DNA from: Eledone cirrhosa
Lineage: Eukaryota
DNA: 64,000 bases
Reading direction: 5' to 3'
NCBI GenBank assembly: GCA_964016885.1
Contig: OZ024743.1
Coordinates: forward strand, 247,876,001 to 247,940,000
Of the stretch, positions 36,557 to 64,000 are shown piece after piece (the first letter of the stretch is position 1; each line of letters starts with the position of its first letter). The notes below the pieces were generated by a model. That model saw only the letters and a program-made list of their open reading frames with translations, searched no databases and was not told the DNA's origin. A program made the translations under genes and the position numbers.

Positions 36557-36558
<2 letters not shown>
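36441..36558. mobile_element. TA-embedded short element beginning with a perfect 40-bp palindrome
   Basis: ATAGGAACAAGTAAGACCCC|GGGGTCTTACTTGTTCCTAT; the last 47 bp are identical to 63698-63744. Confidence 0.75.
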
Positions 36559-36619
<61 letters not shown>

Positions 36620-36847
36620 CATCCACATCCACATACATACGCATACAAAAACATACAATTAATTAGGTAGATAAAAATCATAGGTACATAACCCACCTAC
36701 ATACGTACACACGCGCGCACACACGCACGCAATAAAAAAATCAACACACGCATACATATATACATATATACGTAATTCATACACACATATATATATATAC
36801 ACACATATATATACATAATTCATACACACATATATATATATACACAC

Positions 36848-36894
<47 letters not shown>

Positions 36895-37153
36895 TATGTA
36901 CACACACACACATATATATATACACATACATAACACATACACACACATGCATGCATACATACACGTGCGTGTGTGTGTGTGTATAAACATATAGGCAGAC
37001 AAACTATAAATACACACACGCTCGCAGGTGGGAGCATAAAAGGGGGGTACCAAAAAAATGAAAAGGTATACTCACAGATCCATGCTCAAAAAAGTTTTTT
37101 TTATAAAAATAATATAAATACACATACATACAAAAATATATATATACATATAT

Positions 37154-37500
37154 ATATTAATTCAAAATATTAACAAAAATAGACATTCGTGTGATCAAGT
37201 ATATTTTATTATACATATTTCAGCGGTACTGAGCTATCTTCAACAGATAAAATAAGATGATGCATGACATACCCTAACTAAGTAGATAGTTAAAATTCAG
37301 TCATGCATCAACTTATTTTATCTGATGAGGACGTACTGTTGAAGATAGCTCAGTACCTCTGAAATATGTATAATAAAATATACTTGATCACACGAATGTC
37401 TATTTTTGTTAATATTTTGAATTAATATTAATAACTCCGGAAAACCATTAACTGTGGAGTGCTTCTAATCTATTGTAAAACTTTATTCTTTGATTTATTC
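37154..37500 (+). mobile_element. Fold-back family B HHR element; inverted arms 37154-37268 / 37300-37428
   Basis: Arms are near-identical except for a 14-nt deletion in the left arm; same ACTC..GAGTGCTT tail. Confidence 0.85.
37314..37380 (+). ncRNA. Type I hammerhead ribozyme motif (family B)
   Basis: TATTTTAT-CTGATGA-GGACGTACTG..CAGTACCTCT-GAAA-TATGTA-TA-ATAAAATA; 8-bp stem I, 10-bp stem II with one C-C mismatch. Confidence 0.85.
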
Positions 37501-38364
37501 ATTGAACTTTGTTTAACCTTTAAATATATACATATATATATATACACATACAAAAGATATGAACCCACATACACACAGACATATATATATATATGTATAA
37601 ATACACATATATGTGTATGTACACATAAGCCTGTCTGCATATGCGCCCACATACAACTTTTTAGGTTTAGGTTAGCAAAGGTATTGAGACGACGGTTTGG
37701 CAGTTTCTCATACCACCAACAGCCATAACCTTGATAAATTCCGTAAAGACTTAATCAATACAGAGACATAATAACTTGTACGATAAATTATGTAATTTCG
37801 CTAAATTAATAATGTTCTGAAAATATTTTCAATGTCGGAGGAAAATATTTGAATCTACAAATTGTTCTTCTCTTACAATTTGAACTACGTCTTTTTCTTA
37901 AATATATATGTTAAATGTAAAATCAACATCCTTCGTAACTCATATTAGAAATGTAAACAATTAATACGTGTGTTTAATTTCTATAAAATCACCAATAATA
38001 CTTATACACTTATTAATCTATATAGATATTTATATACTTACAACCTGTTCCAATATAAGATAAAATGTACTTACAACCATAATTCTTCATATAATCTAAT
38101 TGATTATATATATAATATTATAATTCATAATTTAGCTAAATATTTTTTAAAATTCTGGAATCATATTCCACCATTCCTACAAACTATTAATTCTTAACAT
38201 TTCAATCTTTTTAAATTCACGTAAATACAAGCTTTTCTTTCTTTCTCTTTCCTACACATAACATATATATCCTAATAATTATTTCAATCTACCTAGCGTC
38301 TAAAAATAACGTTTTTTTTCAGCCCTATACCTAAACCTCATTTGCATATTCATCTTAATAATTT

Positions 38365-38620
38365 TTCCTTTTACTATCCAGGAAAAACTTGAACCGTTAA
38401 GATCTCGTTCCTGGATATGTCAATATTTATAAAACAAACTTTGTATTTTATCTGATGAGGGCGTACCAAAGAATAATAGAATAAATATGGTTTTATAAAT
38501 ATAGTTTCCATTTATTAATATCATTGATATTATACTCCAGAAAATCTGTCGAGTGCTTCGAATCAGTTATAAATATATATATTTGTTGAATTACCAACAA
38601 ATTAAATATCCCTTTTGCTT
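38365..38620 (+). mobile_element. Family B HHR element with an internally deleted ribozyme (38444-38483)
   Basis: TATTTTAT-CTGATGA-GGGCGTACCAAA then jumps to ATAATAGAATA; the 3' stem II and GAAA are missing compared with 63577-63637. Confidence 0.75.
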
Positions 38621-38789
38621 ATATATATATATTCTCTATTTTCTAAATCTGAGGGTGAATCATTCAAGCGTAGAGTGCCTCCCACCCCCACCCTCTTGGC
38701 GAATGTATTTCTGTCTTCACAATTCGTCAACGCTCGCTTATTTGCACCCAGATGCTGAGATATAGAAAAAAAGACTATTAACTAATTAA

Positions 38790-39230
38790 TTTGCCTTTCA
38801 TCCTTACAAAGTCGATCAAATAAAACACCAGTAATACACTGGGATAATTGCTGGCCTTGTGCCAAATGTAGAAACAATTATTTAACGTTAGATTCAAGTT
38901 CCGTCGAGGTTAACTTTGCTTTTCATCCTTACGGGGTCGGTAAAATAAAGTACCAGTAATGCACTGGGATAATTGCTGGCCTTGTGCCAAAAGTAGAAAC
39001 AATTATTTAACGTTAGATTGACAGTATCAGTAGAGCGTCGGACACGATGCTTCGTAGCATAGAGTTACGGCCCTTTATATTCTGAGTTCAAATCCCGCAG
39101 AGGTTAGCTTTCCCTTTCATCCTTACGGGGTTGATAAAATAAAGTACCAGTCACGCACTAGGGTCGATTTAATCGACTTTCTATCCCCCAAATTGCTGGC
39201 CTTGTGCCTAAATAAGAAACCATTATTTAG
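38790..39230 (+). mobile_element. Tandem SINE family A copies (three overlapping/partial)
   Basis: TTTCATCCTTAC...GGCCTTGTGCC..AGAAAC occurs three times, each followed by ATTATTTA(A/G)CGTTAG. Confidence 0.85.
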
Positions 39231-39259
39231 CGTTAGCACTAACACAGTGTTACTATACA

Positions 39260-39510
39260 ATGGTTACGACGACGAGTGTTCTAGTTGATGCGATCAACGG
39301 AACAGCCTGCTCGTGAAATAAACGTGCAAGTGACTGAGCATTCCACAAACACGTGTACCCTTAACACAATATATATATATTATATGCAACTCATTTTTGC
39401 CATTTGAGTGGACTGGGGAAATGGGAAATAAAGTATCTTGTTCAAGGAATCGAACTCTCGACCGTAAGGTCGTGAGCCGAATACCCTACCAACAAAGCCG
39501 CGTACCTTCA
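39260..39510 (-). mobile_element. SINE family B, internally deleted
   Basis: GATCAACGGAACAGCCTGCTCGTG...GTCGTGAGCCGAATACCCTA. Confidence 0.8.
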
Positions 39511-39639
39511 CCCATATACAATAGGTTTGTATAATTAACATACATCTATTCTCGCTCTAATTTAGCTGTGCGCATGGCTTCTCATAAACATGAACAACAA
39601 AAATAATAAACAAAGCTCCCCAGAAAACAAAAAGCAACC

Positions 39640-40420
39640 ATTGATAACTCCATCAGCAGTTATATCAAATCACACAACATGAGCCAAAAAGGAGTCTTCT
39701 ATGGAATGGCTAGACACTTTTTTTTTTAATTTGATAGGTCGGGTGGAAGCGGCAGTGTCCAAGCCCATCACAACCCCCTGACCGGAGAAATTGATGCCGT
39801 TGATGTTCCACTTCAACTGTTGTAGGTCCACTCCTTTTGTTGCGTGTACCCTTCTCCATCACTCAATATGTTGTAGCCACCATTTCCCACTCAACCATTG
39901 CACTCTTCATCAATTCATATTAAAAAAAAACAGCATACTTTTGCACACAACATCCTAACTACATATAATATTTAGAAACGAAAAATCACTTTTTTTTAAA
40001 CTTACAAGCTAGCTGATAGACGTATGGCACCGTGCGCTAACAAATGCAAACTTGTAACATATTTCACAATACAGTTGAGAAAGGCTGCCTTCATAGAGCA
40101 TAGCCACTAAACTTTCTCACCTTCCAAATTCCTACCAAGTCTTCTGGTCCATGGCAAAGGGGACCTCCATTAATTTTTTAACAAAATCCTCCCTCTAATA
40201 TTCCTCAAACAAAAAGGCTCAGTATTTGGCACACCCGCTGGTAAAATTCTCAACATTTACTGCCCGCTTGCTTCCATCTCAGTATTGTTCAAACACAACA
40301 TATCAAAGCTCCTCTTCTACTTCACCACGTACGGGTATATTAAACGTTGCAATTTAGAGTTAGCCCCTATCCTCGTCAAATCCTTCAATCTAACTCTCTC
40401 TCTCTAAAATATTTCAGTCT
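39640..40420 (-). mobile_element. Possible decayed non-LTR retrotransposon fragment
   Basis: Non-SINE, purine-rich minus strand with broken coding-like stretches; family not identifiable by eye. Confidence 0.3.
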
Positions 40421-40434
40421 TTGGAAGCATATAA

Positions 40435-40712
40435 AGGTGCGCAGTATAATGGTTAGAGTGTTCAACTTACAATTGTAAGATCGTAAGTTCGATTCCCGGC
40501 GGCGCATTATGTCTTTGAGCAAGATACTTTATATCATGTTCCCTAGTCAATTCAACTGTAATTCAAAGAGCCAGCCTTGTCACCCTTTATGTCACGCAGA
40601 AACTCATTCATGGTACACGTGTCTGTGGAATGTCCAGACACTTTCAGGGGCAGGCCGTTCCGTTGATCGCATGAATGGGGCTAATCGTCGTCGGGGCCGA
40701 CGGAGGCCCAAC
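40435..40712 (+). mobile_element. SINE family B
   Basis: AAGTTCGATTCCCGGC B-box; GCCAGCCTTGTCAC; GGCCGTTCCGTTGATCG. Confidence 0.8.
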
Positions 40713-40809
40713 TCACACACTTTAATTGGCCCTTCTTCCTAGAAGTACTGTCTTTCTAACCATGACGACGAAATAGTTTGCTTCCGATTTCGGTAACTTG
40801 ATTGGTTCC

Positions 40810-40945
40810 TTATTTCATCGACCCCGGAAGGATGGAAGACAAAGTAAACCTCAGCGGGTTTTGAACTCAAGGAGCTCAGAAAGCCGGAACAAATACCGCA
40901 AAGTATTCTATCCGAAGTTCTAACAATTCCGTCAATCCGATGCCT
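40810..40945 (-). mobile_element. SINE family A variant
   Basis: ATCGACCCCGGAAGGATGGAAG..TTTGAACTCA. Confidence 0.75.
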
Positions 40946-41931
40946 TGCATTCAAATAAATATTACCACAATGCATCTGGAACGGAAGTAATGACTTGTAG
41001 CATAATCAGGCACTTTAAAGATTTAATCTTTCCGGTTCTTACCGGATCTTTGTTAAACAAGGCAGAATTTCGAATGGTGTAGCCGGGATTTCCACTTCAA
41101 TAACCGGATCGACACTGATCTGCTCCCGCCTACAACTTTGTTGTGCCAGATTTCTCAGCATGTCACTTTGACAATCAATCAGCAGAACATTCATAAACAG
41201 AATCAGAACTTGTTTGAATTGGATTCTTTAACATGTTAAACACAGTGGCTATAACCAACTGAATTCTCTTCGGTGGAAGCAGAGATTGATCGATGTCTTA
41301 TGGAGCTCAGTCTTGTTGGTTGAGTGATATCTTTAGTTGAGACAGTGGCATTCGGTCATGTGGGTATTTGATTCGGGCATAGTGATGAGCAGTGTCATCA
41401 GTTTAATATGCCCAAACGTTCATTCACATTTATTGTTAGGAAACTATCAACCCTCAGATCCCAAATAATAGGAAGTTGGGTTGGAATAAGCGGGGGTGAG
41501 GCTAATTTTTCTAGGTTGTCTCAGTTGATTTTTTAAAAAACCAGAATTAGTCATTTAGTTTACATATGGAGACTCCAACCCAACCTTTTTATTTAATAAC
41601 ATATAGGATTTTTAGTAATGTTTTTTTTTTTGTTAGGTATAAATGTTTTTTAATGTATAAAGAAAATGAATTATCGCAGGAATGCTACCACTTGAAATAA
41701 AATTTCGCCGGAGATAGATTAGCAAAATTTAATAAGCATGGGGTGGATAAGAGCGGGGCTTGGAACAATTTTGAAAAATTAATAAGCGGAGGTGGACGAT
41801 TATTCGAGGCCCGAGAGTAAGCAACATATCTCTAGATGCAGATAGAGATAATAATAATAATATAGCCCATATATGGCGTTATATATCAATCAAAGGGAAG
41901 GAATGTTCATATGTACCATAATCGTTCTTTC

Positions 41932-42092
41932 ATTTATACATATAATACAATTTATACATATAATACAATTTATACATATAATACAATTTATACATATAAT
42001 ACAATTTATACATATAATACAATTTATACATATAATACAATTTATACATATAATACAATTTATACATATAATACAGTTTATACACATAATAC
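41932..42092. repeat. 18-bp minisatellite, about 9 copies
   Basis: Unit ATTTATACATATAATACA. Confidence 0.95.
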
Positions 42093-43059
42093 TAAGATTT
42101 TGAAGATATTTCCTGAAAAGTTAAGTTTTCAGATTTGATCTGAAAGCTGACACAGATGGTGCATTTTGATCAGAGAAGAGAAGCTCAAACTAGAGAGCTA
42201 GAGCTCACTTAAAGAAATCCTGATTGCTGCAGCTCTTCCTTTTCATGATTGATACTATGAGGAGTCCATTCCAGAGAGCTGGAGCTGACTTACAGAAAGC
42301 CCGATCACATCAGCTTTTCATTCTCGTAATTGGTACCGCAAGGAGTCCATTGTCACTTGATCTCAAATAGGTGACTCTTTTCCACAAAGCAGTTCACTTA
42401 TGTATCGATGAACAAGCCCATCTACATCTTTGTATGTCAGTCGTATGATTTTAAATGTTCCATTGATAAGTGACGATGGAAATCAAACAGTCTTTTATGA
42501 GGTAGATGTTTAGTTGCAGTTGAAAGGAAGAATGTAATTCCTTTAAAATATATCTGCATTGAGTTTTCTGACAACTTTCTTCATAGGAAGGTAAGTGTCA
42601 TTATTCTTCTGAAAAAGAAAAGTGTTGTAGTTCTTCATGTAGATGTTCTACGTCAAGAGTTCCTAAAATAAGGGGTCACGTAAAAATTAAAGGTTTTGAG
42701 TGAAATTAAGAATTTAAAAAATATATATTTGTATTCTAAAATATATTTTCCAATATACACGCATATGTGGCACGTGTGTATCTGTGTCAATATATGTACC
42801 TTAAGTGTGTATATGCTTATCTGTGTGTGCGTATGCCTCCTTCTCTCTGCTTGTCTTTTTCACTCTATGATATTTAAATATGTATATATGTATATGCGAA
42901 AAGTAAACGGAAACAACAAATACAGTACAAGAGGGTAAGGTTATTTTTTGCTAGTTATTAATTTATTTGCCGTAAAAAAGTGAAACTATGCCATTGTACA
43001 TTTAAAAACAAAATTAAAATTTAATAATAACCATACCGAAAAATTCGGTCATATTAGAA

Positions 43060-43237
43060 TAATTGTTTCTATCTTTGGCACAAGGCCAGCAATTATTCCA
43101 GTGCATTACTGGTACTTTATTTTATCGACCCCGTAAGGATGAAAGGCAAAGTTAAGCTCGGCAGGATTTGAACTCATAATGCAAACTCTAAGCTGAAAAG
43201 CAATGTGTCTGACGCTCTACCGATACTGCCAATCCAA
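43060..43237 (-). mobile_element. SINE family A
   Basis: Family A core on the minus strand. Confidence 0.85.
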
Positions 43238-44116
43238 AAAATGACAACAAATTTCTTTTACCAAACGGATGTGTCTGGGTCACGTCAAATTTCTGAGATG
43301 TGATGTCATCAGGTCTGCATGGAGATTATATAGAAATTATATGGAGTTTTTCACTTATGATAACTTTCTGACTCCTTAATCTCTTGTGCATAGGCATCAT
43401 CTATGCTCAACCTAGAAACCTCATGCCTGGCATGCATATCTTTCATGATCAGTGACCAGAAATACACCCTCAAATAGAGTCATGACAACCAAATCTCGTT
43501 CAACAGCACAGATAGAAGTGGATTGGGTCTTAAAACTGGTTTGAGCATCCAGGTGACAATGACTAACAGATTGCTAGGGCCAGAGGTGTATTTTTCTACT
43601 TATCTAAGGTGACACTGACTAAAAACAGACTGCTGCCTGAAGGTTGCTGAGGGCTAGAAGTGTGTTTCCACTGTTGAGCTAGGAGGTCATTAACTGACAG
43701 ACTACGGATTGCTGAGGGCCAGGGGTGTGTTTCCATTGCTCGGCTGTGGCGTGTTCCATTTTCGTTTCCATCTTTATGCAGCGGGTATGAGCTCAGTTCA
43801 GTTTTTCGTGTCATTTTTTTTTAGCTGCCCAAATGCCAGTCCGTCACAAAGCAGAGAGCCCCCTGCCCCCTAAAATCAAACAAAACAAAACAAAACAGTA
43901 AAAACAGTATTACCTCAAATTTTCCTTTTTTCTAACTATCGAACAGCCTGAAAGACGCTACATATACTTGGTCCCGCAATCTTTCATGATTTCTTATGGT
44001 TAGTTACTACTTCCTATCCAAAATTAAAATCTACTTCAGCTGTGCTCAATTGCTGATTCTTTAGAAGGCACAAGGACGGTTTACATTGTCGTACTGCTCA
44101 CATATCTGGGTCAGTG

Positions 44117-44227
44117 TTACTACTACTACTACTACTACTACTCCCACTACCACTACTACAACTACCACTACTATTACTACTACTAATACTACTGCTACTA
44201 CTACCACTACCACCAATACTACTACTA

Positions 44228-44258
<31 letters not shown>
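44117..44258. repeat. (TAC)n/(CAC)n trinucleotide repeat
   Basis: Seen directly. Confidence 0.95.
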
Positions 44259-44577
44259 GCACACAAATTCCTAGACATATCCCACAAAAATAAAATAGTA
44301 TATTAATTCAAATGACAGCAAGAAGGAGTCACGGATCAATGTCGAGAACATAGTGTCAATGGCATTCATCTTGTTTGTTATAATAAACATATTAATTAGA
44401 GAAACTCGACTTAAAGGCTGAATGCTTTAAATAAATAACGTAGCAATAATAGGTTTAGGTTGTGTAGAAAAACACGCTAATATGGCTGACTGAACACACA
44501 CGTACTTTTTTTTCCTTTATTTTGTTTTCCTTTATTCTTCTTTTCATTCTCTATCTTTCTATTTCTTCTTTTATTAT

Positions 44578-44613
44578 CTTTTGATGAAGGACTAGTGTCC
44601 GAAACGTTAAAAC
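44578..44613 (+). ncRNA. Degenerate minimal hammerhead motif (family C)
   Basis: TTGATGA-A-GGAC tagt GTCC-GAAACGTTA: palindromic stem III (AACGTT), core C3 changed to T, weak stem I. Confidence 0.6.
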
Positions 44614-44697
44614 TCATTTCCTACTATATCAAGCGTTAAACTATTATATTTCTTCATTGGACTGTATTGCTTTCTTTGTTGTTTCCGTTTACTTTTC

Positions 44698-48423
<3,726 letters not shown>

Positions 48424-48623
48424 NNNNNNNNNNNNNNNNNNNNNNNNNNNNNNNNNNNNNNNNNNNNNNNNNNNNNNNNNNNNNNNNNNNNNNNNNNNNN
48501 NNNNNNNNNNNNNNNNNNNNNNNNNNNNNNNNNNNNNNNNNNNNNNNNNNNNNNNNNNNNNNNNNNNNNNNNNNNNNNNNNNNNNNNNNNNNNNNNNNNN
48601 NNNNNNNNNNNNNNNNNNNNNNN
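48424..48623. other. Assembly gap (200 N)
   Basis: Run of N. Confidence 1.
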
Positions 48624-48669
48624 GCGTGTGTTTCTTATTGGCAACATGACCCTCCCAAAGTATAACAAC
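48624..48669 (+). mobile_element. 3' end of another family A element at the gap edge
   Basis: GCGTGTGTTTCTTATTGGCAACATGACCCTCCCAAAGTATAACAA is identical to 14393-14437. Confidence 0.85.
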
Positions 48670-53125
<4,456 letters not shown>

Positions 53126-53395
53126 TATAATGTAGGAGGTGAGTTTTATTGTAGTACAATAAAACTCACCTCCTACATTATAGAAAAATATTTTTCCCAA
53201 TATCACACATCAATCTAAAACCACTTTTCATATGTTGATTTAAAACTGCACTATCAACAAGTGTTTTTTAGCCTTCATATCATGTTCTCCTGTTTTATCT
53301 GATGAAAACACAAATATTATTGCTTGATGATGTTTGTTTTTGAAATGCGCATAATAAAATATATGGAACTCCTTTAACCATCTTTTGATCTTATA
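53126..53395 (+). mobile_element. TA-embedded HHR element starting with a 57-bp perfect palindrome (53126-53182)
   Basis: TATAATGTAGGAGGTGAGTTTTATTGTA-G-TACAATAAAACTCACCTCCTACATTATA followed by an HHR. Confidence 0.8.
53291..53361 (+). ncRNA. Type I hammerhead ribozyme motif (divergent family B)
   Basis: TGTTTTAT-CTGATGA-AAACACAAATATTATT gctt GATGATGTTTGTTTTT-GAAA-TGCGCA-TA-ATAAAATA; palindromic stem III ATGCGCAT. Confidence 0.85.
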
Positions 53396-53422
53396 TTATA
53401 TATGTGTATATATATATATATA

Positions 53423-53526
<104 letters not shown>

Positions 53527-53552
53527 TATATATAAAGGTGATGCGGTTGCCT

Positions 53553-53670
53553 TAACACCGTACGGCATAAATTCAGGCTGTTCAGTTAGTTTACAAACGA
53601 ACAAAGCGGGCGTTATAATAAGCGTCCGCTAAACTGATACGTACATATATGTATGTGTACCTGTATGTAT
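53553..53670. repeat. ~118-bp structured insert, copy 1
   Basis: Direct repeat of 55248-55365 with 2 differences. Confidence 0.9.
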
Positions 53671-59893
<6,223 letters not shown>

Positions 59894-60500
59894 GTCAGGT
59901 CACCAGTTGGTGCTACTGGTAACATGTATTCCAGTACAACCTGTCTCATGGTCGGGTCGTTGGCGACTAAACTGGCAACCCCACCAAGGTTTCTTGGTGA
60001 GGAGGGTGACTTTGGACATCCTGCAGGACTAAAAACAAAACCTGTCAAAGGGCAAAAGAGCTCTTAAGAGTCAATGGCCATCCAAAATCACCGGAGAGAT
60101 GACCCCTTAGCCTTTGTCAAGGCAGAATCTAGGAGAAGGAAAACTCTGATATAAACACCTGCGACTCTGATGGTATCCAATGATGTTGACTTGTTCTTCT
60201 TTTTGGTAAATATCATCTTGGTTAAGAGAGTGGGACTGGCTTTGTGCAGTGCCTTTGCTCACTATAAAAGCTTCACGGCACAGGCATTGCTTTATATCTG
60301 GAGATCTCTCTGCACTTGTCGTCACATGGTACCATGGGCCCAGCACTATGTGTCAATAATTGTCACAAGTGTAGTGTTTGTACCAGAGTTTTCAAGTCGC
60401 TGGCTGGACTAAAAAGTCACACTCGTTCAGCGCATCGGTAGGGGTTCTCCTACATGGATATAAAGTAGTGGCCGTACTCGAAAACGAGTTGGCAGCCACC
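59894..60500. mobile_element. ~600-bp higher-GC island between TA tracts, probable transposon fragment
   Basis: Sharp compositional boundaries with TA on both sides; no convincing ORF. Confidence 0.35.
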
Positions 60501-62388
<1,888 letters not shown>

Positions 62389-63032
62389 CTAAAGATCATA
62401 GTGAGAGAGACACAGGCAGACAGACGACAAAGAGGCACACACAGAGAGGCATACGCACATACAGAAGCACACGCATATACACACGCGCGCACACATATAT
62501 GTATGTGTATTGGGGAATATACTTTAGAATACATCTTGCCCTACATTCGTGCCTCAATGGAAAATAAAGAAATAACTAGTTTATATTCTCTAAGTATAAT
62601 GAAGAAATAATAAAACACGCAATAGTTTATTTCATTTTATTATCATTGTGATTACTTAAAAGAATTATCACTTATACAGACATATCAACTTTCTTATATG
62701 AATAGGCCACAGTTTATTGGAATTTACAGTCAATTTTCATTCATACACATACTGTAATTGGGCTTTGTATTAAAATGATTTCATGAAAATTATACGAAAT
62801 GTTGGCTGTCCAGTAGAAAAGAATAAACGATTCGTGAGCATCTTTCATATCAGTGACATATTTTAAAGATATTTCCTTTATTTATACCGGAGAGATATAC
62901 AGATATATAATTAAATATTGTTCGCATAAAGTCAATTAAAACACACACACACACACACACATTTTTATTGGTGCTCCGAAATAGCGATATACATATGAAT
63001 GTACACGCATCCCGTATATTATGAAATATACA

Positions 63033-63092
<60 letters not shown>

Positions 63093-63094
<2 letters not shown>

Positions 63095-63260
63095 TTGGGG
63101 ATGGTCATGTTGCATACATTGCCAATAAAATCACACGCACAATTCGATTTTCACTTTATTAGTTATTAGCTAGTTAGTCAAAGTTCTTTAATCACACATT
63201 CTGTGACCTCCTCAATGACTATTTGTTTTCCTTTATGTCTCCTCTTCTTTCTGCTCTTAT
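63093..63260 (-). mobile_element. Diverged family A element with a dead HHR (63175-63221)
   Basis: GGTCATGTTGC..CCAATAA..CACACGCAC; reverse complement TAGTCA-TTGAGGA-G-GTCACA gaatg TGTGAT-TAAA-GAACTT-TGACTA; follows (CA)n. Confidence 0.75.
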
Positions 63261-63450
63261 TTTGTTTACTCCAGCTTATTTTCAGTTGTATCGATACTAA
63301 TAATATGTAGGTGCAACCAGATCGAAATCATCGTATATCGATTTAAATCCTTACTATATGCATAGGGTGAAAGAAGAAATTGTTTGCTTTAAACTTTTAA
63401 TCTGTGTTGATTATAAATATTTTCTCTACGGCTTTATATATATATATATA

Positions 63451-63676
63451 AGCAAAAGGGATATTTAATTTGTTGGTAATATATATATTTATAACTGATT
63501 CGAAGCACTCGACAGAAAAACTTAAACCCTTAAGATCTCCTTCCTGGATATGTCAATATTTATAAAACAAACTTTGTATTTTATCCGATGAGAGCGCACC
63601 AAAGTTTTGGTACCCTTGAAATATATATAATAGAATAAATATGGTTTTATAAATATAGTTTCCATTTATTAATATC
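63451..63676 (+). mobile_element. Family B element: inverted tail (about 63451-63516) fused to plus-strand body
   Basis: 63451-63516 is the reverse complement of about 38545-38620; body matches 38382-38523. Confidence 0.8.
63577..63637 (+). ncRNA. Hammerhead motif (family B) with core variant CCGATGA
   Basis: TATTTTAT-CCGATGA-GAGCGCACCAAA gt TTTGGTACCCTT-GAAA-TATATA-TA-ATAGAATA. Confidence 0.7.
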
Positions 63677-63742
63677 ATATATATATATATATATATATTT
63701 GGTGCGTTATGGTCCACCTGGTTCCTTACCACATTTCCTTCG

Positions 63743-63778
<36 letters not shown>

Positions 63779-63854
63779 TGCCAAATCAACCTCACAAATG
63801 CAAGGTGATTGAAAGGTATGTCGTATCTATTTATTTATAAGACTGTTTATATTG

Positions 63855-63920
63855 TATTTTGTCTGAAGATGGCATAACATATTGTTAATATGATATCCCT
63901 GAAATATATATAACGAAATA
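63855..63920 (+). ncRNA. Hammerhead motif (family B)
   Basis: TATTTTGT-CTGAAGA-TGGCATAACATATT gtt AATATGATATCCCT-GAAA-TATATA-TA-ACGAAATA; compensatory G-C pair in stem I. Confidence 0.78.
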
Positions 63921-64000
63921 AATATGGTTTTATAAATATAGTTTCCATTTATTTAATATCATAAATATACTCCAAATACTTGTTGAGTGCTTTTATATCA

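Noticed and set aside
37660-38365. Possible decayed Penelope ORF upstream of the 38444 HHR
   Set aside because: AT-rich with no readable RT or GIY-YIG motif; would need a profile search
41480-41820. AATAAGCGG repeats resembling a DNA-transposon end
   Set aside because: No matching opposite TIR or TSD identified
44061-44274. Poly-Thr / poly-Val ORFs (mucin-like)
   Set aside because: Trinucleotide microsatellite without coding context

Overview
AT-rich eukaryotic, repeat-dominated DNA. The SINE families and the huge (TA)n/(TATG)n tracts point to a cephalopod (Octopus-like) genome, which is an inference. No protein-coding gene can be supported: all long ORFs are translations of microsatellites. 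About 28 kb is compound TA microsatellite, with a 200-N gap at 48424-48623. The rest holds many copies of tRNA-type SINEs, RTE LINE fragments, a hAT MITE with an 8-bp TSD, Helitron ends and minisatellites. The most striking signal is a set of short non-coding elements in or beside TA tracts. They carry type I minimal hammerhead ribozyme (HHR) motifs (stem I - CUGANGA - stem II - GAAA - short, mostly palindromic stem III - UA). About a dozen intact or decayed HHR motifs from at least three families are visible, often built into fold-back palindromes or inverted junctions, as in Penelope-like pLTR / retrozyme elements. Family B HHRs show covarying stems and a conserved C-pyrimidine mismatch at stem II position 4. 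Where their palindromes are visible, the antisense arm lacks the catalytic core.
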